Shown in pieces: positions 48,484-55,651 of a stretch of 64,000 bases of DNA (its first letter is position 1; each line of letters opens with the position of its first letter). Location: positions 41,466 to 105,465 of the forward strand of contig CAZAJG010000006.1 in NCBI GenBank assembly GCA_964485405.1, written 5' to 3'. The translations under genes and the position numbers were made by a program. Below the pieces are notes generated by a model. It saw nothing but the letters and a program-made list of their open reading frames with translations, was not told the origin of the DNA and searched no databases. Source of the stretch: an uncultured Owenweeksia sp. Its GTDB lineage: Bacteria > Bacteroidota > Bacteroidia > Flavobacteriales > Schleiferiaceae.

Positions 48484-48586
48484 CACTTTTGATGTAGTTT
48501 TTGTTATGTCTATTTTTAAGAAATAACGTTATTGATAACCGTAACGGATTACATGCAGCTATGTAAAACTCTAACCCTGTCTTATT

Positions 48587-49360
48587 ATGTCTATTAACCC
48601 AGTAAAAGTGCTCATTGTAGATGATGAAAGTCGTTCTCGAGAAAATCTCAAACAGCTCATTGAAGGATTTAGCGAGGGAATTCAAGTGTGTGGCGAAGCC
48701 GGTTCTGCTCAATCTGCTTTTAAGCAAATCAATACACTAAACCCGGATGCTCTTTTTCTAGACATTAATATGCCGGATGTAGATGGGATGAGTTTTGCCA
48801 AAATCCTTAGAGAAAAAGGCCTTACTCTCCCTGTAGTTTTTGTTACCGCCTACGATCAATATGCTATCCAAGCTTTTAGAGCAAGTGCTTTAGATTATTT
48901 ATTAAAACCCATCAACTTAAAAGAGTTAGCTCGTGTATCGAATAAGCTAGTAGATTCTTTTAAAAACAAGAGTACACATCCCAATTCTGAACTCTCTTTT
49001 CTATTAGAAAACCTCGAATCTCGTAACACGCCTAAAAAAGTAAAGCTCCCCTGGCAAGGCGGTTTTAAAGTGGTAAATACTGAGGAGATTGTAAGTGTTC
49101 AATCGGATAACTGTTATTCTGAAATATTTCTTGATGATAAAAAACTTACGGCTACTATTACCATTGGTGAGTTGGAACAAATGCTTTCTAACTTCTCCTT
49201 TTTTAGGGTACACAACCGGTTTTTAATAAACCTAAACTATGTGGATAGCTTTAGCAATACTGGGGGAGAACATGTAACTATGACAAATGGCTCTTCTTTT
49301 CCCGTTGCCAGGCGAAGAGTAAAAGAGTTTAAGGAGGCTTTTTCTTCAATTTCCAGTTAA
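48587..49360 (+). CDS. LytTR-family response regulator
   Basis: 257-aa ORF. Receiver (VLIVDDE..., DALFLDINMPD) plus LytTR C-terminal domain (FFRVHNRFLINLNYV). Confidence 0.88.
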   Translation: MSINPVKVLIVDDESRSRENLKQLIEGFSEGIQVCGEAGSAQSAFKQINTLNPDALFLDINMPDVDGMSFAKILREKGLTLPVVFVTAYDQYAIQAFRASALDYLLKPINLKELARVSNKLVDSFKNKSTHPNSELSFLLENLESRNTPKKVKLPWQGGFKVVNTEEIVSVQSDNCYSEIFLDDKKLTATITIGELEQMLSNFSFFRVHNRFLINLNYVDSFSNTGGEHVTMTNGSSFPVARRRVKEFKEAFSSISS

Positions 49361-49366
49361 ATCTTC

Positions 49367-52312
49367 ATGTCTGGACAGCTCTTTTTCCGTTTCTTTTTTT
49401 TGCTTCTTCTGGTACCATCTTATTACAATGGTCAGCCCAAAATAGATCGGGTAAACTATAATTTTTACAATCAGAAAGGATTACGAGGTGATGAGTTTTT
49501 TGGAATTGCTCAAGACTTTAATGGCGTATTATGGGTGGGTAGTACTAAAGGCATCTATCGCTTTGATGGACAAAACAGTCGCTTATATAGCCGTGCAGAA
49601 GGCATTATATCTCGAGTAGTAACTCGAATTTTTCTGTTAAAGGATAGTTCGCTGATCGCTCTTGGCGAAAAGCCATACGCCTTGTACCGGATTAAGAACG
49701 ATAAGCTGCATGTTTTACATCCAGAGCTTGAACATAGACTTAACGGAAATTATGTTTGCTTAAACCGTGATAAAACAGGAATCTATGCGTATTCCTCCAA
49801 TGGATCCAAAATTTTACGTATTGATAAAGATTCAATTCACACCGTTCAAGACTCTATCCGAAGGATATCCTCCTTGTTTCATTCACCCAGCGGTAAGCTG
49901 ATTGTTTGTACCGTGAAGAAAAATAAGGGAGACAAATTAAACCCAAAAAGTGACACCAGTGTAACCCGAGTACTTGAATACCCAACTCGGATAAAGTATA
50001 TAGTTGGTAATAATGGCAATAACTACGCCTTAAGTCAAGAGTATTTAATAGAAGAAAAAGCTTATTCTCAAGTTGATACTTTAGCTCGTTTTACACCAGA
50101 AGATAATATTCTAAAACCGCATTTTCTTGTGCAAGATGACGCGGGAGGGTTTTGGTTTTCTGGCGAAACATCTGGATTACACTATTTTGATCCAAACACA
50201 AAAAAAGTATCCCAACTAGACGCATATTTTGGTTTAAGTGGGGTACAGATTACCTCTCTGTTTAAAGATAATGACGACAACATTTGGCTATCAACCATGG
50301 GTAGGGGCCTTCAATGTATTAGGCGCAGTATTTTTAAAAACTACACTAAATCTGAAGGGCTTCCCAACAACTACATTACACAACTCCAACAAACGAAAAA
50401 CGGGGTAGTTTGGGTAGGAACGTATTCCGGTCTTAGTCTTTTGAAAAAATCCCCTTTCTCTTCAGGCTATCAGATAAAAACATACCCTCAGCTTGGCTTT
50501 ATCCAGAGACTTTCCAAAGATTGGTCTGAACGAATATTTATAGCTAATGAAAGAGGGTTCCCATCAGAACCTCTCAATGCACCAAAAGGAGCGTATTTCA
50601 TTCCAGAAATCGGTCTTTCAGTTGATCAACTGTCTGATAATCAATATGTTTATTCGTCTTGGAGAGGCTTAAGATATTTTAAAAATTATACAGACATCCA
50701 ACAGTGGCATGAGAAAATCACTCTGCAGGTACTAGCTGAAGAGCCGATCAAAAAACTGATTCAGGTAAATGCTCAAGAGTTGGTTCTCACTGAAAAAGGG
50801 CTTTATAAAAGAGAGGTAAACGATTTATGCGCTATCCATATCCCATTGCTCCAAGAAGATCAGCAAAATAATACGCTGGCCTTTTATGATATAGTTGAAG
50901 GTACGAATCAGGAAATATGGATTGGAAGCTCAGAAGGTTTGCTTCATAAAAAAGGGGAAAACTGGACACTGTACAATGCTGAAGATGGCTTGCATGATGA
51001 AGTTTGTAAAACCTTAGAATATGAACCCGGTGAGAATAGATTATGGATAGGTGCCAGCAATGGCTTAATCTCTTTTTGGAAAGGGAATTTTAATGCTTAC
51101 ACCAAAAGTGATGGGCTTCTTTCTAACGAGGTTAATGCGATTCTTAACGACTCTATAAACGACTGCATATGGGTGGCCACAGGAAACGGCCTGAGTCAAC
51201 TTCAAAAATCCCGAGTGGACCATATCCCAGATAGCAAAAAAAAAGTAGCCATTTATCAAGCGGAGATCATGAATGATACTTCTATTGCTTACCCACATGA
51301 TATGCACTTAGAGGCTTTTCAAGACCATTTAACTATTTACTTTTCCGCCCCATACCTCTTCTTTCCTGAAGAGGCCGAATATCAATTTAAGCTCGAAGGC
51401 GTTCACAATAAATGGCAAAAGGCCAATCAAAATAGCCCTAGAGCAGAATTTATGTCCTTATCGCCAGGTGATTATACTTTTAAAGCTCGAAGCAGAAAGT
51501 TGGGTTCTGAATGGGGTGAAGTCTCCAATCTGCGCTTCATCATAGCCACTCCTTTTTGGAAGAGAACTTCCTTTCGGGTAGCAGTGATTATCCTCTTTGT
51601 TTTTATCACCATTTCTATTGCACAGCTCCGTATAAAAAGCATTAAAAAGAAAGAGCGAAACAAACGCCAAATGCTGACCACAATGAATGACTTGGAACTA
51701 CAAGCCTTTCATTATAGCATGAATCCCCACTTCTTGTTTAACTCTTTAAATTCTATACAGCAGTTCATCACCAAGTATAGAGATGCTGTAGCGGTTAACT
51801 TTATATCAGAATTCTCTTTGTTAGTTCGTAATAACTTGGAAGCGCTTCGCTCGGGTTGGATTAGCCTGGATAACGAGATAGAGCAGCTCGAACGATACTT
51901 GAGTCTAGAATCGCATAGACTAAATCATGCTCTTTCCTATAAAATTGAAGTAGATCCCTCCATTCCTCTTTCTCAAGTGGAAGTCCCTCCCCTTTTTATT
52001 CAACCTTTTATTGAAAATTCCATTTGGCATGGTATTGCTCCAAAAGAGAATAAAGAAGGAAGCTTTATACGCCTACAAATTGAAGCTGAGAATGAGGAAT
52101 GTTTGCGGATTACCATACAAGATAACGGAGTAGGCTTAAACGCTCAAAAAAATAACAAAAAGCCAGGGCATGTGTCGAGAGGTATTGAGCTGATTCGAAA
52201 ACGATTGGAATTGCTCTCAGAGAAAAATCAATTTGAAATATTGGAAACCAAAGATCGTGAAGGAAATCCAACCGGTACTTTGGTTAGCATCATATTTCAT
52301 ATAGTAGACTAG
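49367..52312 (+). CDS. sensor histidine kinase with periplasmic two-component-regulator propeller + Y_Y_Y domain and LytS/YehU-type kinase core
   Basis: 981-aa ORF. Repeated propeller blades (VLWVGSTKGIYRFD, NIWLSTMGRGL, VVWVGTYSGLSLL, RLWIGASNGLISF, CIWVATGNGLSQL). Y_Y_Y-like YQFKLEGVHNKW...PGDYTFKARS. A TM helix, then FHYSMNPHFLFNSLNSI (His_kinase PF06580 type) and DNGVGL. Confidence 0.85.
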   Translation: MSGQLFFRFFFLLLLVPSYYNGQPKIDRVNYNFYNQKGLRGDEFFGIAQDFNGVLWVGSTKGIYRFDGQNSRLYSRAEGIISRVVTRIFLLKDSSLIALGEKPYALYRIKNDKLHVLHPELEHRLNGNYVCLNRDKTGIYAYSSNGSKILRIDKDSIHTVQDSIRRISSLFHSPSGKLIVCTVKKNKGDKLNPKSDTSVTRVLEYPTRIKYIVGNNGNNYALSQEYLIEEKAYSQVDTLARFTPEDNILKPHFLVQDDAGGFWFSGETSGLHYFDPNTKKVSQLDAYFGLSGVQITSLFKDNDDNIWLSTMGRGLQCIRRSIFKNYTKSEGLPNNYITQLQQTKNGVVWVGTYSGLSLLKKSPFSSGYQIKTYPQLGFIQRLSKDWSERIFIANERGFPSEPLNAPKGAYFIPEIGLSVDQLSDNQYVYSSWRGLRYFKNYTDIQQWHEKITLQVLAEEPIKKLIQVNAQELVLTEKGLYKREVNDLCAIHIPLLQEDQQNNTLAFYDIVEGTNQEIWIGSSEGLLHKKGENWTLYNAEDGLHDEVCKTLEYEPGENRLWIGASNGLISFWKGNFNAYTKSDGLLSNEVNAILNDSINDCIWVATGNGLSQLQKSRVDHIPDSKKKVAIYQAEIMNDTSIAYPHDMHLEAFQDHLTIYFSAPYLFFPEEAEYQFKLEGVHNKWQKANQNSPRAEFMSLSPGDYTFKARSRKLGSEWGEVSNLRFIIATPFWKRTSFRVAVIILFVFITISIAQLRIKSIKKKERNKRQMLTTMNDLELQAFHYSMNPHFLFNSLNSIQQFITKYRDAVAVNFISEFSLLVRNNLEALRSGWISLDNEIEQLERYLSLESHRLNHALSYKIEVDPSIPLSQVEVPPLFIQPFIENSIWHGIAPKENKEGSFIRLQIEAENEECLRITIQDNGVGLNAQKNNKKPGHVSRGIELIRKRLELLSEKNQFEILETKDREGNPTGTLVSIIFHIVD

Positions 52313-52316
52313 AGTT

Positions 52317-53894
52317 CTATCTGAATAGGGTTAAACAATCGCTAGCATGCTTTTCATTTCCTCTCTCATCTCTATATAAGATTGTCCAGAAATACACCCC
52401 TTCGGTTACATTTTCTGCTTTCCAGTTTATTTTTGGATCTGTTGTTTCGTACACTTTAATTCCCCATCTATTAAAAATTGTGGTGTGCATAGAAATGATG
52501 CCTTTACTTACTGTTGGAGCAAATAAATCATTCACCTGATCATTGTTTGGTGTAAAAACATTGGGCATTTGTAATACAATCTTACAGTCTCCTTGCTTTA
52601 CTAGAATCGAATCCGTAAACCAACAGTTTTCTGTAATTACCTCTACCCAATATATTCCAGGTTCTGTAAGCTTGAAGGTTGAATCGGTGGAATTATCTTG
52701 CCATATATATTCAGCATTTCTAGCTGCTGCATCAAGGAGTATACTTTCTCCGCGACAGATTGTAGTATCCTCTCCAAGATCTTTAAATCTAGAACGAACT
52801 GTACTTACTTGAATGGAGTCCGCAAATACACAACCGCCCACAGTTACCTCTACCCAATATACCCCTTCTCCTTGAGCCATAAAAGTAGGATTCTTTGAAT
52901 CGTCTTGCCATAAATAAGTGGCATTGGATGTTGTTGCATCAAAAAATACGCTTTCTCCTTCACATAAAATGGTATCATTTCCTAATCCTGGGAAATCCGA
53001 ATCGACAATAGTAACTGTAACGGAAGCGGTATCATTCTGTGATCCATAACAAAAATAGGTAGTGGTGCTATCCGGTTTTACTCTAATTATGGAATCTGTG
53101 GAGATAACCATATTTGGCATAACACTATCTACCCAAGTATATGAAGTACTATTAAAAGCCACTAGGCTAATCGAGTCATTTGAGCAAAGGGTGGTGTCGC
53201 CACTCAACCAAATATTAGGGGAAAGTGTAACGCTTACATCATCAATAAAATATGAGGCTACAGAACCTGGTGTGCCAAAGTCGTGAACCAGGAAATTATT
53301 ATAATCCTTAAAGTTACCGATGGAGATATATTGCTCACCTCCTTTTGCCAAGTATTCTCCTGAAATCGGAACCCATTGTGCTGTATCTAAAAGCATATTT
53401 CCTGAAGGATTACTAATTTGAGGTAAAACAGGAGGGTTAATCGGAAAAGCCTTGCGATGAGCCCAAGCCGTATCAGAAATATAAGCACCTATAGCATCAA
53501 TACCATACCTATTATGACTGCGAGATACGTAAAAAACAACATCGTACATCCTATTTTTTACTAAAGGACTTGAAAATTTAACCTGTATATGTTCGCAATA
53601 ATTATCTAAAGCAATTGCTGGATAATAACATATAACATGCGCATAAGCATTACCTGTTCTGGCAGGCTGATACCCCCATTGGTTATTCGGGACACCAGCG
53701 GATGCTGAATTGCATTGATGACAATAATCCGTTGTACCCTTGGTGGGGGAGTACCAAGACAAACAACTATCTATTTGTCCTGTATTGCTGGGACAAGAAG
53801 TATAATTTTCAAAACTCGGATTGGGTATCAAGTTTTGCCCTTTTAACTGATAAAGGGTTAAAACACCTAATACGACTGCTATTAGATTCTTCAT
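52317..53894 (-). CDS. T9SS type B (gliding motility-associated, CHU_C) C-terminal-domain cargo protein
   Basis: 525-aa ORF with a signal peptide and N-terminal NLIPNPSFE... jelly-roll-like domain. Two Ig-like repeats (LG.DT.iC.GES...DA....A.Y.WQD.S....F....GiYWVEV). C-terminal NVFTPNNDQVNDLF...IFNRWGIKVYE...GVYFW signature. Confidence 0.8.
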   Translation of the reverse strand: MKNLIAVVLGVLTLYQLKGQNLIPNPSFENYTSCPSNTGQIDSCLSWYSPTKGTTDYCHQCNSASAGVPNNQWGYQPARTGNAYAHVICYYPAIALDNYCEHIQVKFSSPLVKNRMYDVVFYVSRSHNRYGIDAIGAYISDTAWAHRKAFPINPPVLPQISNPSGNMLLDTAQWVPISGEYLAKGGEQYISIGNFKDYNNFLVHDFGTPGSVASYFIDDVSVTLSPNIWLSGDTTLCSNDSISLVAFNSTSYTWVDSVMPNMVISTDSIIRVKPDSTTTYFCYGSQNDTASVTVTIVDSDFPGLGNDTILCEGESVFFDATTSNATYLWQDDSKNPTFMAQGEGVYWVEVTVGGCVFADSIQVSTVRSRFKDLGEDTTICRGESILLDAAARNAEYIWQDNSTDSTFKLTEPGIYWVEVITENCWFTDSILVKQGDCKIVLQMPNVFTPNNDQVNDLFAPTVSKGIISMHTTIFNRWGIKVYETTDPKINWKAENVTEGVYFWTILYRDERGNEKHASDCLTLFR

Positions 53895-54054
53895 TTAAAT
53901 GGTTCTAGGGTTTAAAAAGGTAAAAAACTTATAACCCTTACTATTGAAGAGATGAGTGAAAGGAAAGGGAAGGTTTTATAAACACTCACTCATTTTGGGA
54001 AAAAAGAATATGGCTGGGGTTGGCCTTCGGAACGAACGCCAACCTCAACCGTAT

Positions 54055-55206
54055 CTATTCGTGTTTTATGAACTTAGTGGTGCTTACTTTATCCCCTTGT
54101 ATTAGTCTTAAAAAGTAAACCCCAGAATTTAGATGTTGAATATTTACCGTTTTAGAAACACCATTTATGGGTTGCTTTAAAAGTAGCTTACCACTCATAT
54201 CTAAAACTTCCAATTGAAGATGAACCTCTTCTTCTAGCTGAACTTTGATAAAATCGCTGGCTGGATTGGGGAAAAGATCAAAGGCGATGGCTTGCTCTTC
54301 CTCTAGGCTAATACCTGTGTTTGAAGAGTAGTTATATAAAAAGCGGTAGTTATTGACCCATTCTTGAAGGGATGGGTCCCAAGATTGACGTGTTTTCTCA
54401 CTCAACAAACCTGCACTACTATTTAAATACAAAACTTTATCAAAGTTGCTCCAGTTTGTGGAATCAGGATGTCTAGACTTGGTTTCTTTCAAAATGAGAT
54501 ATCCATTTTGATCGTAGAGCCAATCGTCTCTTAAAGTGGGGATTTGCCAAATACCATTCTCATTACTCTGATAGAGAATACCTTCAATTTGATTGGACGA
54601 ATTATAGGTATAATCGCCTCTATCTGGTCCCTGCCACATGGCGTCAACACTATTCCACCTCCAAGAGAAAGACTGATGGATACTTCCATTGGTATTTGGA
54701 ACAAGACTATCTCGAATTTGATTTTGCCAGGCTCCCGCTCCCGTGTTCCATGCTTGAGTTATACGACCTGTTTTAAAGCCATTAGTATCGTAAGTATAAA
54801 TGTTTTTGCTCCTGTTCTCCCAAGAATTATTAATCCAATCCATTCTTAGTTCTTCCAGAGTATTCCCATCACCATCTACCGTATATACCAATTGACTCCC
54901 GTTTATCCAGTTATTACTAGCCGCATCCCATCGTTCATCCAAATGATTCAATAACAACCCGTTAGAATCATTGATGTACAAAGACCTGCGATTAAGCTCC
55001 CAGTTGTTTTGCGAAGCATCCCAAAAACGGGTTGTATCTCTAACTAAATAATCTTGATTATCGTAGGTAAATTGTGTTTCCCATGTATCGGATTCCGACC
55101 AAGCTGTTCCATCCCATATTTGAAAAATGTAGGACTCTGCTTGTTGGGCCAATAACAGCCCGGAACATAAAAAGATGGATAGGAATAGAATAGTTCTTTT
55201 CTTCAT
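54055..55206 (-). CDS. T9SS type A CTD protein built from about nine 31-aa Trp/YD-like repeats
   Basis: 383-aa ORF with a signal peptide. The repeat pattern is W(D/N).....W.......Y.YD.NG......., for example WDASQNNWELNRRSLYINDSNGLLL and WINNSWENRSKNIYTYDTNGFKT. C-terminal FDLFPNPASDFIKVQL...GVYFLRLIQGDKVSTTKFIKHE is a Por secretion tail. Confidence 0.8.
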   Translation of the reverse strand: MKKRTILFLSIFLCSGLLLAQQAESYIFQIWDGTAWSESDTWETQFTYDNQDYLVRDTTRFWDASQNNWELNRRSLYINDSNGLLLNHLDERWDAASNNWINGSQLVYTVDGDGNTLEELRMDWINNSWENRSKNIYTYDTNGFKTGRITQAWNTGAGAWQNQIRDSLVPNTNGSIHQSFSWRWNSVDAMWQGPDRGDYTYNSSNQIEGILYQSNENGIWQIPTLRDDWLYDQNGYLILKETKSRHPDSTNWSNFDKVLYLNSSAGLLSEKTRQSWDPSLQEWVNNYRFLYNYSSNTGISLEEEQAIAFDLFPNPASDFIKVQLEEEVHLQLEVLDMSGKLLLKQPINGVSKTVNIQHLNSGVYFLRLIQGDKVSTTKFIKHE

Positions 55207-55335
55207 TGTGTTTGTTTTTAGTTAGTTATTCTTCTATTTCTGTCCTATTTCCTTACTCCTGTTTCAATAACTCTCTGTTAAAAAAGAGTGCTTTTTAATT
55301 TTGACTTTTTGTTTTTTGATCCGTTGCCTTAGCCC

Positions 55336-55470
55336 AAAAAGAATATGGTGGAACTCCTATTCAGAATCAATATCAATTCCAACCGTATCTAATCCAATGG
55401 TGTTAGTGTTTTATAAATCTTGCAGCACTTGTTTTATCCGTTGCTGATGCCTTGGTAGGTTTGGTGTCAT
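55336..55470 (-). pseudogene. remnant of the 3' end (last ~20 codons plus 3' flank) of a paralogue of the 383-aa T9SS gene
   Basis: 55336-55440 aligns with 54001-54105. Shared blocks are AAAAAGAATATGG, AACCGTATCTA, GTGTTTTAT and TTTATCC, with one 12-nt indel. The remnant translates to ...TDKTSAARFIKH*, against ...GDKVSTTKFIKHE* in the intact gene. An in-frame TGA lies 22 codons upstream. Confidence 0.45.
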
Positions 55471-55651
55471 GAAGTCAAGGATTAAAGCATTTACCAATCA
55501 TTAATTCTACCGCAACAAAGTTCTCCGTAGTTTTTCCAAACTTTGTATGAATTTTTTATTTCGATTTAATCATCTAAGAAATGAGCTATAAAGTGTTTAT
55601 CCTACTTTTACTTTCATTAACAAAATGATCTATCACCTTAGTAATTACATA

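Noticed and set aside
48470-48727. 85-aa minus-strand ORF overlapping the start of the response-regulator gene
   Set aside because: It is antisense to a well-supported REC domain and extends into AT-rich intergenic DNA. It has no recognisable features.
55207-55651. Search for a small immunity ORF downstream of the Rhs gene
   Set aside because: Stops are dense in all six frames. The longest ORFs I read are 11-15 codons (e.g. MSYKVFILLLLSLTK on the plus strand), with no supporting signal. None is reported as a gene.
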